Assembly: GCF_000143415.4 (NCBI RefSeq)
Contig: NW_003314360.1
Coordinates: 550,595 to 614,594 of the forward strand
Reading direction: 5' to 3'
From: Selaginella moellendorffii
Lineage: Eukaryota; Plantae; Lycopodiophyta
DNA length: 64,000 bases
Part shown: positions 1-10,676 of the stretch, piece by piece
Layout of the letters: every line of letters starts with the position of its first letter
How positions within the stretch are numbered: position 1 is the stretch's first letter
The notes under the pieces: model-generated
The model's input: only the letters and a program-made list of their open reading frames with translations
Told to the model about the DNA's origin: nothing
Databases searched by the model: none
Translations under genes and position numbers: made by a program

Positions 1-956
1 CAGCTCAAGAAGCGTCTCAAGCTCATATCGGCGCCGGATTGCTTCACCCAGGCGGCGTTTGAATCCGGCGGTACCAGCCCCGTTCGGGAGGAGAGCGGGA
101 CATCTGCCGTGGATGTTGCCGTGGACGAGCTCAAGAGATCCGGAGGCGCTGCTGTTGCTGCCATCAAGAGCGAAGCCCTTGAACACGCGGAGGAGCAGCC
201 ACAGCAGCAGCAGCAGCAGCAACAAGAAGAGTCCGAGTTCACAAGCTTGCTGGAAGTGGAGCTGGACAAGTTCAACACCTTCTTCATGGAGAAGGAGGAG
301 GAGTATGTGATCCGGCTACAGGCAAGTCTCTCTTTCTTCTCGTCCAAGGATACCTTCATCTTGCTTATGCTTGACGTGATCGCTTCCAAGCAGGAGTTGA
401 AAGATCGCATCGAGAAGCTCAAGTCCAAGCCTGACGTGACGGGCCTCGATCTGGAGCAGCACGAGGAGCTCATCCAGATAAGGAAGGACATTGTTACGTT
501 CCATGGCGAGATGGTGCTGCTCTTTAACTACAGCTCGCTCAACTACACAGGTAAATCCATTCATACGCGAGTGACACTCGTAACACTTGCATGGACGCTA
601 TAGGCCTGGTGAAGATCCTAAAAAAGTATGACAAGCGGACGGGGATGTCTCTCCGCTTGCCCTTCATCCAGGGGGTGCTGCAACAGCCCTTTTTCACGAC
701 GGAGCTTCTGTCCAAGCTGGTGGAGGAGTGCGAGAGAAATCTGCAAAGCATCTTCCCAGCAGACGAACTCGCGGCCATTACCAAGGCTCCCGAGCAGCCG
801 GAGCTCACAACCGACGCCGAGGAATGCGATCCGGAGCAAGTGGAGGGCATCTACAGGAGCACCATGGCTGCGCTGCAAACCATCAAGGACTTGCGCAAGG
901 GAAGTTCCACCTACAGCGCCTTGTCCTTGCCACCGCTCGGCAACAGCGACTCGTGA
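1..956 (+). CDS. SPX-domain phosphate-signalling protein (SPX1/2/3-like), 5'-partial; exons 1-321, 394-550, 604-956
   Basis: SPX motifs QLKKRLK, ELDKFNTFFMEKEEEYVIRL, FHGEMVLLFNYSSLNYTG, LVKILKKYDKRTG, RLPFIQGVLQQPFFTT; GC-AG intron 322-393 and GT-AG intron 551-603 restore the frame. Confidence 0.93.
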
Positions 957-1081
957 CATAGACACATATATATCATATGATACTCTCCACACCTTGTGTG
1001 TGTGTGTGTGTATAACCATCTTACAATGTCGTCTAATCTAGAGCAAGTTCTCAAAAGCCACAGAATGTCTCTCGGAGCCAC

Positions 1082-1515
1082 TCAGCATTTAGCATCCATG
1101 AACTTCTGCAAAGCACCGCCCAACGTAGTAACACTCGCAGCTCACCATGTCTCCAACCTTGCAAGTCACGTTCCTGATGACAGGAATGGGGCACGGCGGC
1201 GGGCTTTGGCAAACTGGAACATATAGACTCAGTCACAAACCATGATCATTCCAGGAAAAACGATGACTTACACTCGGTAGATTGCAACAATTGCCTGCTC
1301 GTGGGAGCCTGCGCCAGGCGTGGAATCAGCGACAAGGAAATATATTATTCACTTCTAGTTACCTGTGCTGGATCGAGCTTACAGATTCTGCGTCCATGCT
1401 TGATCGTGAGCTTGCGATTTTTACTCACGCTTACTTAACCTGTCAACCCTGAGCAGCACAGTCCTACCAGATTTGCCGCAAGCAGCACTGCCATTGCCAC
1501 CCGCAGCAGTGCCAT
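1082..1515 (-). CDS. Putative small secreted Cys-rich peptide gene, about 5 tiny exons (phase ambiguous)
   Basis: Signal-peptide-like MALLRVAMAVLLAANLVGLCCSG followed by GT-AG introns of 40-60 nt at about 1439-1388, 1362-1309, 1273/1271-1214 and 1145-1106. Confidence 0.35.
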
Positions 1516-1932
1516 AACTCTAGATTGATTGAGTGCCCAACGTGGTTTCAATGCGGCCGAGTTTTTCAAGCATACTCGACCCCCCGGGTGCCTTGTGGAA
1601 GCGCAAACACCGTGCTCTTGACCTCTCAATCAGGCGTGGAGGCGAGTCCCGCGTATCTTTGGCCACTCACAGGCATTCTTCACTCCACCTGGGAAACATG
1701 ATATCCAAGAATCGAGTGAAATTATATTACCTCACGAATGAATGGTTTTAAACAGAGAGCAGTAGAAGCTAGGCTACAACATTCTCGTTCTTTCTTTTCG
1801 ATGTCTCTGACACTAGGAATGCCTCGCCCACATTGCTGTGATTCCAATCTACCATGAAGTTGTATATAGTCTAGTAGAGTAGAACACCACGAGACGAAAG
1901 AAGTGACGATGCCACAGCAATCACTTTGATGT

Positions 1933-2769
1933 TTACAAGCCAAGAGCACCAAGAGGTGTCAAGCCCTGTCCCGCCTCAAAGTAGAAGATAAGCATGGCGA
2001 CCATGGCGAGTCTGGCGTGCTTGATCTCGGCAAGCTGAAGCCTCTGGAGCTTGTCAAAGTCGGGAACGTAGTCCCCGCCCTTCATGCTCCCGGCTAGCCG
2101 CAGCGGATCAAAGAACTTGCCGCCGGGATAGCCTTGCAGCCCGGTCGAGTTTGCAAAGTTGACGGCCGTTCGCGACCAGGGCGTTGCCCACTCCACCGCC
2201 TGCGTGTTGGGCTCGAAGAAATCCACGTACCTCTTGGACTCCACCCAGCCCATGAGCAGGAGCTGCGTCCCCAGCAGGCTGCCAAACGAGAAGGGGGCCA
2301 CGGCACCCGGCGCAGCACCAGCCTCGAACCATGGGATTCCAGACCACGCCTGACCCACGAAGATGCCCACCACCGCCGCCATCGCCCACCTCCCGTGGAT
2401 GAGCTCCGCTTCTCTGTACCACTTGAGGAAGGCCGGGTCCTTGCCCAGCCCAAGGGGATCAAAACCATAGTCGCCAGGGAGCCTGCATTCATCACTCCTC
2501 AGAAACTCTACGAGACTAGAAAAGGATAACAAGACTTACGATCCATCCAGCCACTCGGGATCCACCAGGTCGCCACCTCCTCTCACCCCGGGAAGCCACG
2601 ACTTCTTGCCGGATGCCGGCTTGGCGGATATCTTCCTGGTGGCCATCGCCATGACTCGGGCTCCATTGCTGGGGCAGTGCGACAGGAGGGCGTTGCTCCC
2701 GCTCACAAACGAGGAGCTCGCGAGCTGCGAAATTGCGGCGCTGGCTGCGCTTGTGCTTGCCACGGCCAT
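1933..2769 (-). CDS. LHCB6: Light-harvesting chlorophyll a/b protein CP24; exons 2769-2540, 2482-1933
   Basis: Transit peptide, [63 protein letters not shown]; 57-nt intron 2483-2539. Confidence 0.96.
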
Positions 2770-2869
2770 CTCTCCTCTCACCTCTCTCCTCGGCTCTCCT
2801 AGCTTCGCAGGATTCTGATCGAAAAAAAGTAGGAAAAAAATGTGTGGTAGATAGAGGCCCCGGATCTGG

Positions 2870-4648
2870 TTAGCCAATGGGACGCATTCGCGGCAAAATA
2901 CCAGCCAATGGCTGCCGAGGAAACGGATTAAGCGTTGGAGGCTGGGCTTGAACCTTGGACCAGCCACTTGATTTTGCGCTGTTTAGCAAGCATCTCCATT
3001 GGAAGCCGTCCGGCTCAAATGGCATGCTTTGTATCAAATCCTTGGCGTCTTGGACATGCCCGGCACGCCCCAGCATGTCAACCAGGCAGCAGTAGTGCTC
3101 TCTCGTGGCCGCAATCCCGCAATCGCACACCATCACGTCGAAGCAGCGCCTTCCCGTGGTGGACTTCCCAGTGTGGCTGCAAGCAATGAACACGGAGACG
3201 AAGCACCCTTGATCCACAGCCATGCCGGCCGCCATCATCTCGTGAAGCACACGAAACGCTCCACTGGGCTGTCCATTGCGAGCATAAGCCGAGAGTGTCG
3301 CACTCCATGATGCAGCATTGCATTGAGGCATGGAATCAAACACACGGCGTGCCGTCTCCACTTGCCCGTTCTGGGCATGTGCAGCTAAGATAGAGTTCCA
3401 CGACACCACGTCCCTGTGGGGCATACTGCCGAACAGGGAAACAGCCTCCGCTAAATACCCACCCTGAAAGAAAGCAGCCAGCATTGCGTTCCAAGCCACC
3501 GCATCCCTCTGTGGCATTGTGTCAAACGTGAACTTTGCTGCCTCTACAAGACTTCTGGAACCATATGCTGCAAGCATGGTTGTCCACGATACCATGTCCC
3601 TCTCCGGCATCCCATGACTAAACAAGAGCTCAACAATGGTCACTCGTCGAGCTGCTGCCGCTCGCAACATTAACATTGCATTGAGTGATACCAAATTTGT
3701 CACTGGCATCTCCTCAAACAAGCGCTCGGCACAGTCAACATGCCCCGCCTGAGCGTAAGCTACTAGCATGGCAGTCCACGACACCACGTCTCGCTGAGGC
3801 ATCATATCGAACACCTTCCTGGCTTGTGAAATATCACCACTTTGGCTATATGCCACCAGTAGTGTCGTCCACGACACAAGATCCCTCTCGGGCATCTGCG
3901 GGAAGAGGATGGCGGGCTCTGAGGATGCCGTCAGCATTGCATTCCATGCAACCAGATTGGTTTGGGGCATGAGCCACTGAAAAAAGTGCGCCGCTTGGCT
4001 TGGTTCACCCAGATGCAAGTACGCGGACAACATTGTTGTCCACGATACAATGTCTCGCACTGGCGCTCCATCAAACACCGCCTTGGCTCGCTCCAACTCC
4101 CCGTTGCGGCCATACACATCCAACATGGAGTTCCAGGACACAAGGTCCGGCTCTGGCATGCAATCGAACAGCGTCGCAGCAGCCTGCACTAGCCCGCCGC
4201 GCGCAAGGGCCGTGAGCATTGTGTTCCAAGAGGTCTGGTTTCGCTGAGGCATGCTATCAAACAAGAGCTTTGCATCTGCAAGCCATCCATTCCTGGCGTA
4301 CGCTGCGAGCATTGCATTCCAGGAGACGACGTCCCGCTGCAGCATGGCATCAAAGAGCTGTTTTGCTTGATCCACAAGGCCATACTGGATGTAAATGCTC
4401 ATCATGGCGTTCCAAGCAACTACGTTCTTATCCGGCATTCTTTCAAACAGCTCTATCGCATGCTGCAGTTGCCCGTTCCGGGCAAACGCACACAACATCA
4501 ACACCCAGGTAAAGCAGTTCTTGTGCTTGGCGGCTTGAAATGTTTCTTGAGCATCCGCCAGCCTTCCAGACTTCCCATGCATTTCAATGAGCTTGTTGGT
4601 CACAAATGTAGATTCTGGTTCTCCGAGGTCCATATTGGCTGCAAGCAT
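2870..4648 (-). CDS. PLS-class PPR protein (short-motif array, E-like end, no DYW)
   Basis: Many ~31-aa MP.RD.VSWN.ML.AYA..G repeats; [14 protein letters not shown]...MPFEPD C-terminus. Confidence 0.9.
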   Translation of the reverse strand: MLAANMDLGEPESTFVTNKLIEMHGKSGRLADAQETFQAAKHKNCFTWVLMLCAFARNGQLQHAIELFERMPDKNVVAWNAMMSIYIQYGLVDQAKQLFDAMLQRDVVSWNAMLAAYARNGWLADAKLLFDSMPQRNQTSWNTMLTALARGGLVQAAATLFDCMPEPDLVSWNSMLDVYGRNGELERAKAVFDGAPVRDIVSWTTMLSAYLHLGEPSQAAHFFQWLMPQTNLVAWNAMLTASSEPAILFPQMPERDLVSWTTLLVAYSQSGDISQARKVFDMMPQRDVVSWTAMLVAYAQAGHVDCAERLFEEMPVTNLVSLNAMLMLRAAAARRVTIVELLFSHGMPERDMVSWTTMLAAYGSRSLVEAAKFTFDTMPQRDAVAWNAMLAAFFQGGYLAEAVSLFGSMPHRDVVSWNSILAAHAQNGQVETARRVFDSMPQCNAASWSATLSAYARNGQPSGAFRVLHEMMAAGMAVDQGCFVSVFIACSHTGKSTTGRRCFDVMVCDCGIAATREHYCCLVDMLGRAGHVQDAKDLIQSMPFEPDGFQWRCLLNSAKSSGWSKVQAQPPTLNPFPRQPLAGILPRMRPIG

Positions 4649-4650
4649 GC

Positions 4651-5760
4651 CTACGATGATGCATCATCAAAGGCAAACTGCATGTAGAGAGTGGATAGCT
4701 GGACGTAAGGAAATGAGTCCTCCAGCGCTAGTGGATCGTCACTTTCCATAATGGCAGAGATGGTATAGTCCACCGCTCTGATAGCGTCGCCCTGCGTGTT
4801 ACTGGCCGCAAGCATCGCCTTCCACGCGACAACGTTGGGCTCAAATGGCATTGTGTGGAGCAGCTCCTGCGCATCTTTCAAGAGGCCGGCGCAGTTTAAA
4901 GCGTCAGCCACGCAGAAGTAGTGGGCTGCGGAAGGCACTATGGAAACAAACAGCTGCCGGGCAATCTCTGCGGCGCCCATTCGGCTGCATGTCATCATTG
5001 CGAAACCTCGTCGGTGATCCAGCCTTCCAGGCCCATCTCCCCAAACAACTACAACGCGTCCTCTCCATATACGTAGCCCAGTTCCTTGACATAACCCTGC
5101 CGGGCACACAGCACCGTGTTCCAGGACACTAGATCCATTTCTGGCATCGCAACAACCATGCTCTCCACAACAAGAACGCTGTTGAAACCATCCTCATTGC
5201 AGTGATAGTTTACATGTGGATTGAGAAGTGTATTGAAGCAGCACAAACTGTGCTGTGGCAAGCAGTCACAGAGGGCTTTAGTCGTTTGCAAGTCCCTAAC
5301 ACGGGCAAAAGCGGACAAGAGAACGATCCACCAACAATGTCCTTCTGCAGCATCTTGTTGAACAGCATACTCCTCTCACCAAGATCTTCATTCCGAGCAT
5401 GACAGTCTCACATTGTCGTCCATGAAACGGCCGTGGGGCACGGGAGCATGTCAAGCAAAGCTTGGGCGGCTTGCATTTGTCCGGCCTGGGCAAAATCTAA
5501 AAATTAAAATCATAGCGTTCCAGGGCATTTGCTCAAACGCCTTCTCTGCGTCCAGGACATGAGAAAATGCGCAAGCCAACGCAGTCTACGTCCATACATC
5601 TCTCTGAGACCAGCAATCAAACAGGTGTTGCAGGCATTTGCTTCCAGAAGAATGAGAAGACGTTGGGTTGTTGTATGGTTACATGCATGTGTTCTCCAAG
5701 CTGCCACTTGCCATACATGTCAACAAACACCAACAAGATGCACTAACATCATCTTCGTCA
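4651..5760 (-). pseudogene. Fragmented PPR pseudogene
   Basis: HYFCVADALNCAG...MPFEPNVVAW, MPEMDLVSWN and N-terminal PPR remnants spread over different frames. Confidence 0.7.
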
Positions 5761-6057
5761 AGATTCACAAAACAAAATATCAATCTTTGATAATATGTTA
5801 TCTATAGCTGAAAGATTGGTCTTGGCATATTCCACTAAGCCAGAATGGTTTAGATTGTCTTTCCATAATTCTCTCTTTCTGTTTCTCCCCGTTACTTCGT
5901 GTTTCTTCATCTCCCTCGTTTCTCCTCTTTCCTGGCGCAAATCAGTCGCGTTTCCCACATATCTTAATATTTGGCCTTTTCTCTAGGACTTCCTCGACAA
6001 ATGCAACTAACTCGGGTTGATGGTGTAGTAAAATTTTTAAGCATGAAGGTATTGATC

Positions 6058-6462
6058 TCTCATCATAACATTGAGTTGCAGGGTGTGTAATTTGTAATTT
6101 ATCTTATGAAACTAGGATGTGGAAAAAAAGTTATGATGGTGGAAACATTCCTTATATTAAAAGAAGAATTCAATTCCCATTTAGAGTCCATTGTTGGGAT
6201 TAGAGTGTACAACTGAAGAGATCTCGAAGGAAGTGTGGAGAAACAACATTCTCCAGCACTATTAATTTAGTTTTTGCACGTTGGCAATTTTAATGCCTGC
6301 TTTGATGTCTGCCCCCAGGGTCATCACCTTCTTCATCTAAGTGGGAGTTGAATTCTTCCTTTAAGATGAGCAATGCTTCCATCATCAAAACTTACTCTCA
6401 CATCTTAGTTTTGCAAGACAAATTATAAATTGCACATCTTGTAACTTAATGTTATCATGAGA
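6058..6462. repeat. Imperfect inverted repeat, arms 6058-6185 and 6336-6462, 150-nt spacer (hairpin RNA or MITE-like)
   Basis: Reverse complement of the right arm aligns over ~127 nt with the left arm, mostly transition differences. Confidence 0.9.
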
Positions 6463-6789
6463 AATATGTTTCAAGTCCATTCCTTCAATATCTTCATTTG
6501 CGATGATTTCATCATGTTCCGAGCCAGCTGTGTTCAACATGCTCGGTGATCTCATCCATACCTATAGCCATTGCCATTGCCATTAAAAACATTACCCTAA
6601 AATACAATCTGATCTTGGAGACAATATTCAAGATCAAATGCAACCACCTGAAACTGATGCTGTCATGCATTCCTCTTGCTGCTCATGAAGGCTAGCCTTC
6701 CATTTATTGATCAAGCCATTGAGCATTTCAAACAGAAGCTCATCCAAATGAAGGCATTAATGCAGCGTACACTGGGGTTATGAAGATGT

Positions 6790-7450
6790 CGATGCCCGTG
6801 GAACCTCGTGTCATGGAACACCTTGCTCCAGGCGGTGGTGGCGACGAAGATAATTGCCAGGAGCGAGATCGCGGTGGACTGGTAGCAGCACAGCGCCTGT
6901 TCGACGCAATGCCTGCCATGGATGCAGTGTCGTGCAAGGCCCTGGCTCGGTAGGCGACCTGGTACGCGCGCAAGCTGTGCTTGGTGCCATATGATCTTCA
7001 TTCCGATCGTAACAGTCTAACATTGTCGTCCATGAAACGCCCGTGGGGCATGTCAAGCAAAGCTTGGGCGGCTTGCACTAACAAAAGCTAAAATCATAAC
7101 ATTCCACAACACGGAATCCCTTTCGGGCATTTGCTCTCTGCGTCCAGGACATGGGACCCGGACTGAGAAAATGTGCAAACCAACGCGGTCCACGTCCATG
7201 CATCTCGCTCAGGCAAGCGATCAAACAGGAGCTTTGTCTCTTCAAGCTGCCCGTTGTGGGCATTTGCTTCCAAAAAAATGTTCCACGAGAAGACGTTGTA
7301 TGATTGCAGACACAGTGCGCACATTCTCCAAACTGCTGTACTTGCCATGCATGTCAACAAGGAGATTGGACAAATATCTGTCCAACAACACATTCCACCA
7401 AGCGCGATGGCATCTTCCGAGCTCTTGGTATTTCCAGCGGCGAGTTATGT
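6790..7450. pseudogene. Chimeric PPR debris: copy of ~9297-9515 (+) joined to a paralogue of ~5385-5730 (-)
   Basis: Shared sequences such as ggaacaccttgctccaggcggtggtggcg and acattgtcgtccatgaaacg...caagcaaagcttgggcggcttgca. Confidence 0.8.
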
Positions 7451-7499
7451 GACACATAAGATTCTGCTCTCATTTGATTATTTATTTATTACCATCTGC

Positions 7500-8550
7500 C
7501 TACTTAGTTGTACAGGCAATTCAATTTTATGTCGCTTTGATTGGTTTCAGGTCTGCTTCTACGAAGAACAAACACAAAGGCCTCAGTTGTTTCTCAATCA
7601 CCAGCAAGGTGAGAAGATTAAGATTGATTTGCAGTGATTACAACCCACCTGATTATAGCCCGGACTATTATAAAATTGTGCTACAGCATTCTCTGGAAAG
7701 TATTCAAGTTATGCTATAATGTGCAAGAAGATTTCTAGTTTACCTGATGCCAGGCGCGCAACAAACGCATGAGAATAAACAACGTCCCGGTCATAAAGAT
7801 TTTTGCCTAGACCAAATCCAAGATACCAGTGTTAGAACGACTACTTGTACGTAAGATTTTCTCAACTCACCAACTGTTGTTTGCAAGACAATTGAAGGCA
7901 TGGATACAGATAGACCCTTCAAGGATTCAAGCACACTTTGAATCTGTGCATGACTTACGCCCAGATTAAATCTGAACATAGCCATGTGGATGATCTCGTT
8001 TGGAAAGTTCTGCACAAATACAAATTGCATGTCAGATATTAATGACATTGAAAACCTTCCTGCCTGAGCTGAATCGCCATTTACAACCGTGTTGTAGTCC
8101 ACACTGTCTTCACCCTGCAAATATCACAAGTAAGGAACAAAACATGAGGCGCACAGCTAGCCTACCCGAAGATAAGGGATCTGAGGCAGCACGGCCAATG
8201 CGAACTGTTTCGAGAAGTAGTATTGCAGCAAGGTTCCTTGATCCGGGAAGCGAGCAAAGAGACCATGGGTGAACCCGTCGACATCTTTGAGCAGTCGGCC
8301 TGCAAAATAGAAGAAGAGAACTTAGTGGGGAGGAGCCGAAAGATGTGGGCCTCGAATTGCTACCTGTGAAGAGTGTAATCACCCCCGGAAATGTCCTGAG
8401 ACTGTCCAAACTGTTGAGCACCTTCGCCTCGGCAGAAGTGTTGGATTTGAGACCAGGCATCTTGAACAAGACAGGGTGGTCCAATAGGCCACTTGAACTC
8501 GTTGCAAAACCGATCAGCAACATAAGCAACGAAGCCAGGAGCTTAGCCAT
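7500..8550 (-). CDS. Stress-responsive A/B barrel (Dabb) double-domain protein with N-terminal signal peptide; multi-exon, 3' end approximate
   Basis: DHPVLFK...LNSLDSL..FPGV..LFTG, GFTHGLFARF; second repeat IIHMAMFRF...LESLKGL..MPSIV.QTTVG.N, YSHAFVARL. Confidence 0.75.
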
Positions 8551-8699
8551 GACAAGATCCTTTGTTGTGATAGCGCTGAGCTCCAAGTACCTACACAAGC
8601 AAGAAACGGGACGAGACACAGAAAAGTCGCCTTTCTGGCATTGTTAGGTGAGCACACACGTAGAACTCGGTAGAGAGATGGCTTGATGAGGCACGCCGA

Positions 8700-10463
8700 A
8701 TGTCGACGTTGTCCACAGTTGCACGTACTGCGCAGCTGCTCCGGAATGCGTCGAGTGTGTCAGAAGTGAAGCGCATTGCCGACATGGCGCAGAGCGGCGA
8801 CAATGCGTGGTCGGAGGAGAGTCGAACCTACCTGGCCAACCTCGCCGTCCACATGCACGCCAAGCTGGGAAGCACAGAGGATGCCGCGCAGGCATTTGCC
8901 GGAATCAGGCAGCCCAATGTCTTCTCCTGCAACATGATGCTCGCAGCATACGCCCGCAATGGCCAAGTTGAGCCCGCGCGGCAAATGTACGAGTGGATGC
9001 ATGAGAGAGGTGTTGCGCGGCTGAGGCCGGACGTGGTGTCCGGCTCCTGCCTGGTGCGTGCTGCTGCCCAGGCCGGGGATGTGGAGCAAGCCAAGCGCTT
9101 GTTTGACTCGTTGCCTGCTTGGGACATGGTCACCTGGAACGTCCTGCTTGCTGCATATGGCGACTGCGGCCACTGCAGCGACGCCAAGCTCCTCTTTGAC
9201 ACCATGCCCAGCCGCGACATTGTGTCGTGGACCACCCTCCTCCATGCTTTTGCCCAGCACGGGGACCTGGCGACAGCGCAGGCCCTGTTCGATGCCATGC
9301 CCGCGCGGAACCTCGTGTCGTGGAACACCTTGCTCCAGGCGGTGGTGGCGGCAACACTTGACGAAGATGATTGCGAGGAGCGAGATCGTGGTGGTGCTGC
9401 ACTGGTAGCAGCACAGCGCCTGTTCGACGCCATGCCTGCCATGGACGCAGTGTCCAGCACGGCCCTTATCTCGGCCTATGGCTCTGTAGGCGACCTGGCA
9501 AGCGCACGAGCTGTGTTCGATGCCATGCCCGTGTTGCACCGGGACGTGGTCTCCTGGAATGCCATCATTTCCGCGTATGCCCGCATTCACGACCTTCCCA
9601 CCGCCCGCCGTCTTTTTTATTCCATGCCACACCGCGACACTGCGTCTCACAACGCGATGGTGATGGCATATGCCGCAACCGGGCATGTGGAGGAGGCCAA
9701 GAACATGTTTGATACCGCTCCGCTTGTGAACATGGTATCATGGAACTCCATGCTGCAAACGTATGCAACGCACTTGGACCTCACGGACGTTCTCTCCCTC
9801 TTTAAACGCCTCCCCGACCGCGACATTGTGTCGTGGACCATACTGGTTGCAGCAATTGCCCGAAGTGGGGATATGCAGTGCTCGCAGGGCGTCGTGTTTA
9901 GCGCCATGCCCGCCCGAGCACTCGTGTCGTGGAACGCGTTGCTGGCGGGGTATGCGCAGGCGGGGCGCGTGGAGCGCGTGAATGCATTGTTTGCCACTTT
10001 GCCCGAAGCCGACGTTGTCACCTGGAGCGTGGCCATGGCCGCCAACGCAAACTCCCCAGACCACACTGGCGACTCGTGCCGGCTGCTGCACACCATGGCG
10101 TGCCACGGCCTGCAACCCAACGCTTGCAGCTTCCTGGCCCTCCTCACAGCCTACTCCAACCTCGCGCTCCTCCGCCCCGCCTGGAGGCTTTTCCTGTCCA
10201 TGGTGGCCGACTTCCGCGCCCCGGCGGCGAGGGAGCACTACTGCGCCATGGTGGCGCTCCTGGCGCGGGCGGGGCGGCTTGACCAGGCGGAAGAGTTGAT
10301 GGAGAGCATGCCGTTCGTGCCCGACGCGTCCGGGTGGGGCGCCCTGGTGTGGAGCTACAGGGCGGAGGCGAGGCGTGGCGCCGGTGGAGCAACGAAGGCT
10401 TTGCTGCTTGGCGAGGAGGCCGAAGCGCTGGCCCTCGCCTCGCAAATGCTGGCGCCGTGCTAG
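8700..10463 (+). CDS. PLS-class PPR protein (no DYW)
   Basis: Tandem MP.RD.VSW repeats, EHYCAMVALLARAG...MPFVPD. Confidence 0.9.
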   Translation: MSTLSTVARTAQLLRNASSVSEVKRIADMAQSGDNAWSEESRTYLANLAVHMHAKLGSTEDAAQAFAGIRQPNVFSCNMMLAAYARNGQVEPARQMYEWMHERGVARLRPDVVSGSCLVRAAAQAGDVEQAKRLFDSLPAWDMVTWNVLLAAYGDCGHCSDAKLLFDTMPSRDIVSWTTLLHAFAQHGDLATAQALFDAMPARNLVSWNTLLQAVVAATLDEDDCEERDRGGAALVAAQRLFDAMPAMDAVSSTALISAYGSVGDLASARAVFDAMPVLHRDVVSWNAIISAYARIHDLPTARRLFYSMPHRDTASHNAMVMAYAATGHVEEAKNMFDTAPLVNMVSWNSMLQTYATHLDLTDVLSLFKRLPDRDIVSWTILVAAIARSGDMQCSQGVVFSAMPARALVSWNALLAGYAQAGRVERVNALFATLPEADVVTWSVAMAANANSPDHTGDSCRLLHTMACHGLQPNACSFLALLTAYSNLALLRPAWRLFLSMVADFRAPAAREHYCAMVALLARAGRLDQAEELMESMPFVPDASGWGALVWSYRAEARRGAGGATKALLLGEEAEALALASQMLAPC

Positions 10464-10676
10464 AAATGACTGACTGACGGAGCGCCGTTAGGGTTTCCAG
10501 GCGGGAAGGGAAAGGGTTGGGCGACCTTGGCCCAGGGCGGCATTGGGTAGGGCGGCATCGCCATCGGCATTGTTGCCATCGTCAAGGGCTGTCGTGCGCA
10601 TCGCATCGCATCGCATCAGGTGCTTGTTGCTTGACCGAGCTTGGTTGCGAATCGGGATGCCCTGACTCTCTCCGAG

